Of a stretch of DNA of 64,000 nt, positions 36,593 to 46,503 are shown piece by piece. The translations under genes were made by a program, and so were the position numbers. This stretch comes from a virus, in IMG/VR virus record IMGVR_UViG_3300042261_001152, positions 4,618-68,617 of that record. One strand, given 5' to 3'. The notes under the pieces are model-generated. The model saw nothing but the letters and a program-made list of their open reading frames with translations, was not told the origin of the DNA and did no database searches. Every line of letters begins with the position of its first letter. Position 1 is the stretch's first letter.

Positions 36593-36941
36593 GCATTTTA
36601 TCCAAATAACCATAAGGAACACCCAAATAGTATTCCAAAAAGCCTGTATCACCACGAGTGTCATAGGCTTCATGTAACCAGCGAATGGCCATGCTTCGGT
36701 CTTTAGCGCCTGACATCATAAGATCCTGGATGCGAATCTCTAGGTCATGCACAGCTGCTGCTTCTTCGCGAGCCTCATTAGCCGTGCGCTCGTCTAGCTC
36801 AACTAAAAGACCATCCCAGATAGCTTGCTTTTGATCCGGTGTTGCTTCATCCCAGGATGCATAGCCACCTATGCTAGGTCTATGACCACGAGCGTCTTTA
36901 TGGAGATCGCTATATGTAACATCATCATAAGTATAAGCCAT
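36582..36941 (-). CDS. Hypothetical early protein
   Basis: SDLHKDA.G.RP motif; GGTGAGG RBS; promoter at 36973-37001. Confidence 0.6.
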   Translation of the reverse strand: MAYTYDDVTYSDLHKDARGHRPSIGGYASWDEATPDQKQAIWDGLLVELDERTANEAREEAAAVHDLEIRIQDLMMSGAKDRSMAIRWLHEAYDTRGDTGFLEYYLGVPYGYLDKMLDI

Positions 36942-37019
36942 ATTCCTCACCTTTCTTAATTATTATACAAGTATTATATAGTAAAAAGGGCTCTGTGTCA
37001 AGCCCTAAAAGTACTTAGA

Positions 37020-37059
37020 AATCAATGAGTTACAAAAGTACTTGAAAATCAATGAGTTA
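37020..37059 (+). repeat. Tandem 27-bp direct repeat with IHF-consensus boxes
   Basis: AAAAGTACTT..AAATCAATGAGTTA twice; boxes at 37020-37032 and 37047-37059. Confidence 0.6.
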
Positions 37060-37066
37060 GCGAATC

Positions 37067-37141
<75 letters not shown>

Positions 37142-37146
37142 TCTGT

Positions 37147-37644
37147 TTAAGATTTATTCAACCACCAGTCCTCCCAGGGGAATACAATCCAATCATCACA
37201 CTGAGTATCCATGAGCATTTCGCCATAGAAGTCGCAGTCAAACTTACTGGTGGATTTTTCTAATAGGGTAGCATAGATGATGTTGTTATCAGAAAAGAAT
37301 TCATCATGAAATAATCCCTTGAGGCCTTTTAGGGTTTCGCCTGAATCATTGATATCGTCTACTACAACAATCTGACCAGTCTCAATGAGCTCACCCATGC
37401 GGTCTATGACATGGTTTGTAGCTGCATCATTAAGACTTGCCTCATCTCGATCTCTGAGACTATAATCTAAGACTAATAAAGGACAATTAAAATAATGACT
37501 CATCATTACAGCTGGTGTTAATCCACCACGAGTAATGCCTACTATGGCCGCTGGTTTAATGCCATTCTTTTGTAAATGGCGTATGATATTATTTACCTGA
37601 CCCTGGACTTCATCATGACTTAAAAATCTTTTCTTCACTAACAT
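37147..37644 (-). CDS. Purine phosphoribosyltransferase
   Basis: VGITRGGL, VVVDDINDSGET, WIVFPWE. Confidence 0.85.
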   Translation of the reverse strand: MLVKKRFLSHDEVQGQVNNIIRHLQKNGIKPAAIVGITRGGLTPAVMMSHYFNCPLLVLDYSLRDRDEASLNDAATNHVIDRMGELIETGQIVVVDDINDSGETLKGLKGLFHDEFFSDNNIIYATLLEKSTSKFDCDFYGEMLMDTQCDDWIVFPWEDWWLNKS

Positions 37645-37648
37645 AATT

Positions 37649-37912
37649 TTAACTTTCTATAATTTTTCTCAAAATATCTTCGAATTGTTCTATCTTGGCT
37701 GTGCGATTAGGCCAATAGATATGAGACTTTTCTGGATTCTTTTTTAGGTTTGATAATAATGGTACTATGGCATTGTATAAACGATCAAGTTTATCTTCGA
37801 GCTGGTTTACGGTCTTAGCAGCAGTTTCAGTTTTAGTAGTTAGGTTCTGTACTGCTTCTAATTCATCTTCGTCTACGGCGGTAAAGCCAAAGTCAAAATC
37901 CTGGTCTGACAT
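37649..37912 (-). CDS. Conserved hypothetical protein
   Basis: DFDFGFTAVDEDEL...PLL.NLKKNPEK..IYWPNR. Confidence 0.65.
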   Translation of the reverse strand: MSDQDFDFGFTAVDEDELEAVQNLTTKTETAAKTVNQLEDKLDRLYNAIVPLLSNLKKNPEKSHIYWPNRTAKIEQFEDILRKIIES

Positions 37913-37913
37913 T

Positions 37914-39632
37914 TTATCCCCTTGCAATTCTGCTAAAGTTTTGGAACTTTTCAAATTTAATAACACTGCGAAACTTATCAAAAAGTACATCGCCCTTGTG
38001 ACTGATAACAAATACATTGGTTTCATCACCCAGAGTATTTAATAGGTTCATGAGGTAGTCTGTTCCATTGTTGTCTAAGCTGCTGTCAAATACTTCATCT
38101 AACAGCAATAGGTTTGTGCTGGCACTATTCTTCATCTTGGCTATGGTACGCCAGGTAAATAATAGAGCTAGGTCAATTCTCTGTTTCTCTCCCTCACTAA
38201 AACTAGCATAGCTAAAGTCATCACGATGACGACTCTTGATGGTTTCATTAAAGGCTTCGTCTAGTTCAAAGCTAACAAAGAAGTCCATGGCAGCAAGATA
38301 TTTATTGACCAGCTTGTTTATAACTGGCAAGTATTGACGAATAATTTTTGTCTTGATACCTGTGTCTTTTAACAGACTGGACGCTATGTCCTGATAGTAT
38401 TTTTCTTCATTAAGTGTGGTCTTTTCACCTACCAGTGTCATGACTTCTTTGGCCATGGCCTTGAGTTTTTGCTTTTCATCATCCATGTCGCTGGTATCAT
38501 CTTCGTCAGCATTGCGGTCTGCCTGCAACTTCTGTATGTATTTTTGACCAGCTATGATCTGATTGTTAAAGGTCAGTATTTCATTATTGGTTTCTATGAT
38601 GTCTTCTTGTATGCCATCAATCTCAATGATGCGAGCATTGACAGCCTGTAGTTGTTCATCTAGTTTGGCCAGGCCAGCTTCAATTTCCAGTGCCTTGCTG
38701 GTATGTTCGTGTATGGCCTGAGTCTTTAGGTCAGCATTTAAATTCTGCTGACAGGTAGGACAGTTATCATTGTCATGATAGAACTCAATGTCTTTTTGAA
38801 TCTTAAGGGCTCGATCCTGCAGCTTGTGCTGAAAGTCATAGAGCTGATGCTTGTCACCCATGATCTTTTCGCTATCAGTAATCATGGCCTTGAGTTTGTC
38901 GATGCGTTCACTCAGTGATTGTACATTGCCCTCATAGAGTTTAATTTCATCTTCGGTGTTGGCAATTCTTAATTCAACATCGGCATGACGCTTGTCTGCA
39001 CTTTCTTTCAGTGACTTGATAAACTCATCCTGTAGTCGAACCTTTTCTTTATGCACTTCGATGTCAGCATCCATCTGACGCAATCTGTCTGCTAGCTCTC
39101 GGCTCTTTTCTTTTAGTATGACATTCATGGTGCTAAAGATGCGAATGTCTAATAAGTCTTCAATGATTTCTCTGCGATGACTTGGAGGCAACTGCATGAA
39201 TGGTGTAAAGCTTGCACTACCCAGTATGACAATCTGAGTAAATGATTTGTAATTTAATTTTAAGATATGCTCTTCCAGATACTTCTGAAAGTCTCGGCTA
39301 TCTGCTTCCTGATTTAACTGCTCATCATTGCAGTAGATTTCAAAGCGAGCCGGCTTATGCCCCCGAATAATGGTATAGTCTTTGCTACCAATCTGGAAGT
39401 CAAGCGTGACTTCTAGGTTTTTCTGATTGATACTATTCAATAACTGAGGTTTACTTACATCTCTAAACCCACGATTGAATAGTGCAAAGCATATGGCATC
39501 CAGTATAGTACTCTTGCCTGCACCATTTTCGCCAACAATTAAAGTTGTAGGACTGCGGCGTAAATCAATCTCAATACCGGCATTACCAGTACTAAGCATA
39601 TTCTTCCAGGTTACCTGTTTAAATAAAATCAT
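37914..39632 (-). CDS. 46: Recombination endonuclease subunit gp46 (Rad50/SbcC-like)
   Basis: GENGAGKST, CPTC hook, FSEGEK, LDEVFD, SH. Confidence 0.95.
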   Translation of the reverse strand: MILFKQVTWKNMLSTGNAGIEIDLRRSPTTLIVGENGAGKSTILDAICFALFNRGFRDVSKPQLLNSINQKNLEVTLDFQIGSKDYTIIRGHKPARFEIYCNDEQLNQEADSRDFQKYLEEHILKLNYKSFTQIVILGSASFTPFMQLPPSHRREIIEDLLDIRIFSTMNVILKEKSRELADRLRQMDADIEVHKEKVRLQDEFIKSLKESADKRHADVELRIANTEDEIKLYEGNVQSLSERIDKLKAMITDSEKIMGDKHQLYDFQHKLQDRALKIQKDIEFYHDNDNCPTCQQNLNADLKTQAIHEHTSKALEIEAGLAKLDEQLQAVNARIIEIDGIQEDIIETNNEILTFNNQIIAGQKYIQKLQADRNADEDDTSDMDDEKQKLKAMAKEVMTLVGEKTTLNEEKYYQDIASSLLKDTGIKTKIIRQYLPVINKLVNKYLAAMDFFVSFELDEAFNETIKSRHRDDFSYASFSEGEKQRIDLALLFTWRTIAKMKNSASTNLLLLDEVFDSSLDNNGTDYLMNLLNTLGDETNVFVISHKGDVLFDKFRSVIKFEKFQNFSRIARG

Positions 39633-40678
39633 TCAGCGTGTTGTGCTTCTATGTAGAGTTCTTTGAGTAGGTTTTTAATTCTGGGCTTGTCGGCATCGGT
39701 TTCAACGCCATCAACAAAACCATTTAATAGGCTAATGGTATCTTCCAGATTGATTTCTTCATCTAGAGCGTCAGTTTCAAACTCACTAAAGTCTTCGATA
39801 ATTTTTAATTCTAATAGATTCTGCTTGTAGAGTCGATCCATGAAACGATCATATTTGTAAAAATCATTCTTATTAATGATGATTAACTTGACCATTTTAT
39901 CAGCAAACATGCTGACATCTATGCTGTCTGGATCTACCTTGGTGTCATCATAGAGATATTTTAAAAAGATTTCATGAGGGTTATAGACAACTTCCATGCC
40001 CAGAGTTTCAGTATCTAGTATGGTAAAGCCACGAGGATCATCATAATCATTCCAGGTAATAGCATAAGGATTGCCTATGTAGGTAATGTTGTCCTGACTG
40101 CTGCGATGATGGAAGTGTCCAGAACAGACCAGATCAAAACGATCAAATAGTTTGCGGTCCATGCCATGGTCGTTCATCTGACCTTTGTACATGCTAAAGC
40201 CTTCGAGCTCTAGATGACTAAACATTACTGGTGCTGTAGTTGCACGAACCAGATCCATGGCCTCCTGATAGTTGTCTGCACAGATCCAGGGCATCATAAT
40301 GAATTTAAAATCTTCAATCATAACCTCAGTGGGTTTATCATAGGTATTAACATGAGCATACTGACTGGCCAATAGATCAATGCTGTTTACATCATTGGTA
40401 TTCTTAAAGTAAGTATCATGGTTGCCAGCAATCATATGGCACTTGATGTCATGCTTGGTTAATTGATCAAAGAAGTATTCTCTGCAACTTTTTAATATGT
40501 TAAAGTTGATGTACTTGCGGCGATCAAATACATCACCCAGATGGATTATGGTCTTGATGCCTCGGCGCTGTAATTCAGGAAAAAATACTTCAGTATAAAA
40601 TTTTCTGAAATAGTTGTCAAATTGCACACTATCACCACGAGCACCAAAGTGCGTATCAGTTATTAGAGCTACTTTCAT
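39629..40678 (-). CDS. 47: Recombination endonuclease subunit gp47 (Mre11/SbcD-like)
   Basis: TDTHFG, GDVFDRR, GNHD, SGHFH. Confidence 0.95.
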   Translation of the reverse strand: MKVALITDTHFGARGDSVQFDNYFRKFYTEVFFPELQRRGIKTIIHLGDVFDRRKYINFNILKSCREYFFDQLTKHDIKCHMIAGNHDTYFKNTNDVNSIDLLASQYAHVNTYDKPTEVMIEDFKFIMMPWICADNYQEAMDLVRATTAPVMFSHLELEGFSMYKGQMNDHGMDRKLFDRFDLVCSGHFHHRSSQDNITYIGNPYAITWNDYDDPRGFTILDTETLGMEVVYNPHEIFLKYLYDDTKVDPDSIDVSMFADKMVKLIIINKNDFYKYDRFMDRLYKQNLLELKIIEDFSEFETDALDEEINLEDTISLLNGFVDGVETDADKPRIKNLLKELYIEAQHAE

Positions 40679-40817
40679 ATTCAGCAATTTTTCTTTTTAG
40701 GATGAGTTTTTCGTGCTTCATCTTTTGCAGATGAGCATCATCTAGATAATGACTATAACCTTCCTGAATCTTACGATCAAGATCAGCATGCTGCTGCTTG
40801 AGTGCTTCTAAATCCAT
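40656..40817 (-). CDS. YdcH/DUF465-like small coiled-coil protein (53 aa, not in ORF track)
   Basis: GGAGG RBS; L.QQHADLD..I...L.KMK.EKL.LKE.I. Confidence 0.65.
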   Translation of the reverse strand: MDLEALKQQHADLDRKIQEGYSHYLDDAHLQKMKHEKLILKRKIAEYESSSNN

Positions 40818-40825
40818 AGAGCCTC

Positions 40826-41392
40826 CTAGTTAGATTGTCTGTATTGATTGATATAGGTTGAACGAGACTTAGGTGTCTCCCACCAGTCGATCTGATTGAC
40901 TCTAACACCAAGCTTATGCATCTTGGCATCTACAATGTCAGCCATCCAGCGACTTAGATTTTCACTTGTTGGAACAAAATCTACTACTAAAAATCCTTCC
41001 TGGTGTTCATATTCTGGGCTAGCTGGATCTAAACCATCTAGATCTAATTTCCAACCTGCTACAAAATCTGTTCCAGGAACTACAACATTATGAAGTCTTC
41101 TACTACCTACTACGCTGTCATACAATGGATCATTGCGATCTATGACAAACTGATGATCAATGTTGTCATTGATCCATTTCTTTAGCCATTCTAAATGGCG
41201 GAAGTCTGTTACCATGCCTGTGATGTCCAGAGTATTGTTAACACTTTCTAAATAGACCTGTACTTTACCTTCATGTCCATGCAAATGTCTGCAGGCGCAC
41301 TTTAAGTCCGCAGCATACTCACCATTGAGTTGCTGAGTCCAGACTCTGTGTCCATAACAAAATTCAAACGTCTTATCAATTATCCAAGCCAT
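40826..41392 (-). CDS. queD: 6-carboxy-tetrahydropterin synthase QueD
   Basis: FCYGHR, C.HLHGH, GMVTDF, DH, PTSENL, WETP. Confidence 0.9.
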   Translation of the reverse strand: MAWIIDKTFEFCYGHRVWTQQLNGEYAADLKCACRHLHGHEGKVQVYLESVNNTLDITGMVTDFRHLEWLKKWINDNIDHQFVIDRNDPLYDSVVGSRRLHNVVVPGTDFVAGWKLDLDGLDPASPEYEHQEGFLVVDFVPTSENLSRWMADIVDAKMHKLGVRVNQIDWWETPKSRSTYINQYRQSN

Positions 41393-41813
41393 ACTCTGCC
41401 CTTTCTGCTTTAAGATTTTCTGCTAAATTTACTCGTTGTCTAAGCTCACTGCTGCTAAAACTATGACGACGCTTATTATAATGAATTTCTGTATCAAAAT
41501 CTTTGCCAGTAAAGTCTCGATCCTTATATTCTTCACCAACAAAACGTACATCTATTTTATATGATAACAGTAGATCTGTCAATTCCTTTTCAGTTGCATA
41601 AGGAATAATTTCATCTATGTATTTGCAAGCCTTTAATTGTTCGAATCGTTCAAATAAACTCTGTATGGGTTTATTTTTAGTTGGGCGATCTATGGTTGGA
41701 TCACTTTGCAGACCAACAATTAAATAGTCACAGTGCTCTTTGGCCTCTTTGAGCATCATAATATGGCCAGCATGAAATAAATCAAATGTACTACAGGTAA
41801 ATCCTATTCGCAT
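41376..41813 (-). CDS. Cytidylyltransferase (TagD-like)
   Basis: STFDLFHAGH, VGLQSD, R.HSFSSS.LR. Confidence 0.85.
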   Translation of the reverse strand: MRIGFTCSTFDLFHAGHIMMLKEAKEHCDYLIVGLQSDPTIDRPTKNKPIQSLFERFEQLKACKYIDEIIPYATEKELTDLLLSYKIDVRFVGEEYKDRDFTGKDFDTEIHYNKRRHSFSSSELRQRVNLAENLKAERAEYGLDN

Positions 41814-42880
41814 GATTTTACATCCAATAATTGATCTAACATTAGTGTGCAGTTTAGATAGGCATTCTTAATGGTCCACTGAGCCATTTCTAAATCTTTA
41901 GCATATTTTTCTGGATGATGCATTCTGTCACGAATAAATTCAACCAGCTTAGGTTTGTATATCAAGAAATTGTCTACAGAGCTGGTCCAGTTGCTAGGAT
42001 ATTTAAATGCATCTGGATACATTTCAGCATAGCTGCAACGATCTGGCAATACTGGAATTACTCCAGCCAGTACAGCTTCCATGATGCTGATGCCTAGATT
42101 TTCATGCAAGGCACAACTAAATATGATCTGACTGCTGGCCAATTCTTTATAATAGGCCTGTTTGTTCAGGGACATTTTAGCTGTAATGACTACATCAAAA
42201 TCTGTTTTTAATTCTTCAGCAATCTCAGGTTGTTTGTCGGCATTATATCTATGAGGCCAGATAACTTTATGTTGTTTTTTGGTATGTGCCAGAGCTTCTA
42301 GTTGTGGTATGATATATTCATGAGGCTGACCGCTTCTGCGGGCCTTATAACACTGATCACGATCAATTTCTAAATTGGTCAAGAACATGTTCTTATGAAA
42401 GTTAGTTGCATACCAGTTATAATCACAGGCATGGAACCAGGCTCGTTCCTGATGAGGTGGCCAGTCTTTGCGCATCTTCATGCCCAGTATGTCAGTTGGA
42501 TCATAATGACCTGCATGCCAGATGCCATGAATCTCTACAGGTATGTCCAGTAAATCTGACATATAACGAATTGCAGTAACAGCAAAATTCCAGGCATCAG
42601 TTACCAGAAACTTATCACCTGCCTTGACTCGCCCGTGCATGAACAACTCACTAATAGCCTGAACCTGAGCAGCTTTATAATAATTGGTGGTTGCAAAATC
42701 TAAAAATGCTCCCGTAGTAGTTGCATTGTTAGCACCTTCACCAGCAATGGTAACTACTTCAAATGGATCTAATTTTAATTCAGTAATTCTATCACCAATG
42801 ATTCGGGGAATGTTTTCATACCACTGTTTGGTATAACGACTATCAATAGGTTCGATTGGAACTATGTAGATTGTTTTCAT
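41804..42880 (-). CDS. Glycosyltransferase (GT-B, GT4-like)
   Basis: WPHR...DK.PE, HENLGISIMEAVLAG.IPV.P....Y.E. Confidence 0.75.
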   Translation of the reverse strand: MKTIYIVPIEPIDSRYTKQWYENIPRIIGDRITELKLDPFEVVTIAGEGANNATTTGAFLDFATTNYYKAAQVQAISELFMHGRVKAGDKFLVTDAWNFAVTAIRYMSDLLDIPVEIHGIWHAGHYDPTDILGMKMRKDWPPHQERAWFHACDYNWYATNFHKNMFLTNLEIDRDQCYKARRSGQPHEYIIPQLEALAHTKKQHKVIWPHRYNADKQPEIAEELKTDFDVVITAKMSLNKQAYYKELASSQIIFSCALHENLGISIMEAVLAGVIPVLPDRCSYAEMYPDAFKYPSNWTSSVDNFLIYKPKLVEFIRDRMHHPEKYAKDLEMAQWTIKNAYLNCTLMLDQLLDVKSCE

Positions 42881-43632
42881 TTCATCCTTTCAATATCAGT
42901 CTCTTCACATTGTGAGCCATACTGTATTTCAATAATCTTAAGTGGGTCTTTACCACCATTGATTAACTGATGCCAGGTATTTTTAGGCACATGTATGTAA
43001 TCTCCAGTATGTATGATATCTGCCTCGCTGTCAATAATTACAGTGCCTGAACCTTCGCGCACCAACCAAAGCTCTTCACGATGTTCGTGTCGTTGATAGC
43101 TCAGGCAATGATTTGGTTCTACTACAATCTCTTTTAGTTTACAGCCTGGATAATTTTTTAGTATGTCAAAATGGCCCCAGTCTCGTTCTGTTCGATCATA
43201 TTGCCATTTTTCCAGTATCCAACGACTTGAATTCATTTTATTTTCGCCACCAACACCAAAGGCAAATTGTAGCAGCGGATCATCTATGTCCTGTTCGGGA
43301 ACGTTGCCCTCGGTTCTATCACCGCCATTGGCAAATATGATCTTAACACCTGGATACTGTTGTCGTACTTTTCTGATTAAATCGCGACTGCTGTTATCGC
43401 TGTCGTCAAATTCCCAGACTTCATCAACACCTTCCATGGCACCTAGTATGGCCAATCTTTCTGAAATATTCATGAATGGTCGACCTTTTTTATTGGTCAA
43501 CCATGCATCTGAATTGGCACCTACAAATAATAGTTCACCCAGTTGCTTGGCCGCTTTGATATAGCTGATATGACCACTATGTATGGGATCAAACCCACCA
43601 GTAACTATGACTATGCTCTTGGGAAATCTCAT
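42877..43632 (-). CDS. Cytidylyltransferase fused to a mannose-6-phosphate-isomerase-like cupin
   Basis: TGGFDPIHSGH, FANGGDR, NSS; C-terminal R.WG, SYQRH.HR.E.W, EIQYG..C.E.DIER. Confidence 0.85.
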   Translation of the reverse strand: MRFPKSIVIVTGGFDPIHSGHISYIKAAKQLGELLFVGANSDAWLTNKKGRPFMNISERLAILGAMEGVDEVWEFDDSDNSSRDLIRKVRQQYPGVKIIFANGGDRTEGNVPEQDIDDPLLQFAFGVGGENKMNSSRWILEKWQYDRTERDWGHFDILKNYPGCKLKEIVVEPNHCLSYQRHEHREELWLVREGSGTVIIDSEADIIHTGDYIHVPKNTWHQLINGGKDPLKIIEIQYGSQCEETDIERMK

Positions 43633-44000
43633 AGACTCTCCACAATGGCACCATTTTCACCATCTTCAAATACACTGACTATGACCTCTCGTCCAGGATA
43701 TCTATTGTTGATTACTCCAATGATATCTTCTGCAATCATTTCACAACTTTTATGATCAAGTTTTAGAACGTCCCCACTGTACAGGGATTCAAGCCAGCGC
43801 TTGAGCTGGATGAATTCGATGTCCCTGTCATTGTGTTGCACACTGACGCGCACCCTGAAATGAAACACATGACGATGAGGACTAGCAAGAAACGATACAT
43901 CATCCCATCCTCCTGTTTTTAAATTAGGATCAGTAGCCGCTGCTGGATAGCAATGAATACCTTCCCGTTGAAAAGTTATTTCAATCCATCGTTTTATCAT
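43629..44000 (-). CDS. T-fold QueD-like protein, probable DpdL (CDG decarboxylase)
   Basis: EG.H.YP, LASPHRHVF (LxxxHRHxF), DRDIEF, SCEMIA, EDGENG; location in the dpd cluster. Confidence 0.6.
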   Translation of the reverse strand: MIKRWIEITFQREGIHCYPAAATDPNLKTGGWDDVSFLASPHRHVFHFRVRVSVQHNDRDIEFIQLKRWLESLYSGDVLKLDHKSCEMIAEDIIGVINNRYPGREVIVSVFEDGENGAIVESL

Positions 44001-45247
44001 ACAAACATATCTCCAAGTGTAACTGGTTGAACATATTCCTGCACTGGTTCACTTGCAACATATGGTCCGATCTGTTGTAACCAATGATTGAAATCTTCCA
44101 GTGTACGTACTGAGTATAAGGCATTAAAGGCAGTTGCGTCAATACCTCTGGCCATTTTCATGATCTCATCTCGGCTGTCATGTAATTTTTCTACATGAGC
44201 TAAAAAGTTCTTGATGGCACTAGACACAAATGCACCATAGGTCTGCAAACTTGGATCAATGTTGCCGTGTTTTTCCTGATAGGTTCGGCTACTGATATTT
44301 AAAGCTTCATAAAATGTATTTAGATCATAGTTATAGCAAGGGAAATTTTTGCGAATGTCTTCCCAGACAATTCTGTAATTGTCATCAAAGGCTCGAGTAA
44401 AGTTAAGAGCTAGATCGTCTTTGTAATATCGACCCTGAGTCACGCCAGACGTATGTGTGGTAGAGTCATAGCTCATTTCAACATTTTCATATAATCCATT
44501 CTGCATGAATATGAACTGAGGAATCATTCTGTATACACTACCAACTCCTAGTAGATGCAGATGCTTACTTTCTAAGTTAATAGGTAACTGAGTAAAATAG
44601 AATGCTCGTTTAAAGTCTTCCAATGAACCTTTGCCCAGAGCAGCTGCTCCCATGGCGATACCACCAATGCGGCTGACATGATAGTCATCAAGTTCTTCTA
44701 CAACATACTGAGTCCAGTGCATGTAACTGTCATAGTCATTGCCCTGAGTAATCAGCATGGGACGAGCTTTAGAACCTTTTTCATCAAAAAAGTCTATCTG
44801 ACGACGCAGATTACGTCCAGTTTCTCTGGCACAGCTTTCTAATTGTGTACGGTCAAAGCGTCGGTTACTGAGGTCAAGTCTCTCAGAGCGGGCGCCATCA
44901 AGTGTTCGTACAGGAATAACATCAAAACACATAGCAATGTCACTATTACGAGCCTGACTATCATATACTTCTTCCTTGAGTTCGTTGGTAATGGTCCTTC
45001 CCAGCGTAACCATCTGCAGTCCGCCTGAGTCTGCATGAATGCTATGCACCAGTGGTCTATAATGCTCACCCATCCATTCGCCTGGACGTTTTTCTGTATA
45101 GGCATTATATAATAAACTGATTTTGTGATTGTGTGTGTTGTTTAGACTACCAAATGTACGAGCGAAGAAGTCTAGGTTCTGAGGCTCTAGACTTTCTGCA
45201 TACATTAATTTAAAATAACTACTACCACTGGCTACATATTCTAACAT
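43997..45247 (-). CDS. DpdA-like DNA base-exchange transglycosylase (TGT fold)
   Basis: ADSGGLQ, FD, QG, HLHLLGVG, SYDSTT; next to folE/queE/queD. Confidence 0.7.
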   Translation of the reverse strand: MLEYVASGSSYFKLMYAESLEPQNLDFFARTFGSLNNTHNHKISLLYNAYTEKRPGEWMGEHYRPLVHSIHADSGGLQMVTLGRTITNELKEEVYDSQARNSDIAMCFDVIPVRTLDGARSERLDLSNRRFDRTQLESCARETGRNLRRQIDFFDEKGSKARPMLITQGNDYDSYMHWTQYVVEELDDYHVSRIGGIAMGAAALGKGSLEDFKRAFYFTQLPINLESKHLHLLGVGSVYRMIPQFIFMQNGLYENVEMSYDSTTHTSGVTQGRYYKDDLALNFTRAFDDNYRIVWEDIRKNFPCYNYDLNTFYEALNISSRTYQEKHGNIDPSLQTYGAFVSSAIKNFLAHVEKLHDSRDEIMKMARGIDATAFNALYSVRTLEDFNHWLQQIGPYVASEPVQEYVQPVTLGDMFV

Positions 45248-45249
45248 GT

Positions 45250-45756
45250 TTAACTTTCTAGTATTTTTAAAATGTGTCTGGTCTGATGCAGTGCGTCGTC
45301 CAGAGCATTATGATAAACTCCTTGACGTTCATCTGCAGGTACTTGTATGATATTCTTAATGGTTCTGTAGCAACGATCTTCCCAGGGTCTCCAGGGACGT
45401 TTCATGTTGCAGGCTACATAGGCATTTTCCATGATGACGTTGTCAAATCCAGCTCCATTGCCCCAGACTGGTAAACTGCTGGTGCCAAACCAGCTATTAA
45501 AATCATCCAGTGCCTGAACCAAACTGACATTGTCTTTGAGCAGTGCCTGACGAGCTTCTTTGCTTTGCTGATTCCACCAGTTAACAGTATCTGGATCTAC
45601 ATGCAGTCCAACTGCTTTGCAGGTTCTTAAATCAACTGTACGATAGAATTGATCTACAATGCCCGTTCCTACTTCAAATTTAACTGCACCAATGCTGGCT
45701 ATGGCAGCATTGCTGCGCACGCTCATGGTTTCCAAATCCAACATGACCTGTATCAT
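45250..45756 (-). CDS. 3'-5' exonuclease (DEDDh; DexA/DUF5051-like)
   Basis: MLDLET, SIGAV, WGNGAGFD, HNALDDA. Confidence 0.85.
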   Translation of the reverse strand: MIQVMLDLETMSVRSNAAIASIGAVKFEVGTGIVDQFYRTVDLRTCKAVGLHVDPDTVNWWNQQSKEARQALLKDNVSLVQALDDFNSWFGTSSLPVWGNGAGFDNVIMENAYVACNMKRPWRPWEDRCYRTIKNIIQVPADERQGVYHNALDDALHQTRHILKILES

Positions 45757-46448
45757 CGTGGAGCAAACTCCTGTTGTAGTTTAACATTTTCAAAGAATTC
45801 ATTCTTGGTGCTCTGATCTTCAATAAACCGACCTTTTAGGACAGTTGTCTGAGTCAATGAGCTATGCGCCATGATGCCACGATTCTCACAGCAACCATGC
45901 GTTGCCTGAATATAAACTGCTACATTTTCACTACCAGTTGCCTTCTGAATTTCACGGGCAATGTCATTGGCCAGCTCTTCTTGCAGTGTTCCGCGTCGGG
46001 CACACCACTGAGCAATTCTGGTATATTTACTTAGTCCGATTAATTTCTGAGCAGCAATGATGCCAATATAAGCAACACCACTTACTGGTTGATGATGATG
46101 ACTACACATGCTTCTAAGTTCACTTCGAACTACCAGCATACCTGTATATCGATCATCACTATCATTAGGGAATGCAGTTGCATCTGGAGCTGGCTCATAG
46201 CGGCCTGCCATGATTTCATAAATGTACATCTTGGCCAAACGACGAGCTGTTCCTTTACTATTAGGATCTGTTTCGCGATCAATTAACAAGCTGTCTAAAA
46301 CGCCTTCGAACTTTTCAGTTAATTCATCTACTAGAAGTTCTTTATCTTTATCAGTAACGTACTCACTGATATTGTCACCTGCCCAATATCGCTTATTATT
46401 TCGTTTTAGATTGACGCGAATTTCTTCGCTAACCGGAATATACTTCAT
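45753..46448 (-). CDS. folE: GTP cyclohydrolase I
   Basis: SMCSHH, GLSK..R, QE, ATHGC..NRG. Confidence 0.93.
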   Translation of the reverse strand: MKYIPVSEEIRVNLKRNNKRYWAGDNISEYVTDKDKELLVDELTEKFEGVLDSLLIDRETDPNSKGTARRLAKMYIYEIMAGRYEPAPDATAFPNDSDDRYTGMLVVRSELRSMCSHHHQPVSGVAYIGIIAAQKLIGLSKYTRIAQWCARRGTLQEELANDIAREIQKATGSENVAVYIQATHGCCENRGIMAHSSLTQTTVLKGRFIEDQSTKNEFFENVKLQQEFAPR

Positions 46449-46503
46449 GATTGCCTTTCTAATTTATATAACATTATATAGTATGTTTTATTTAGTGTCA
46501 ATA

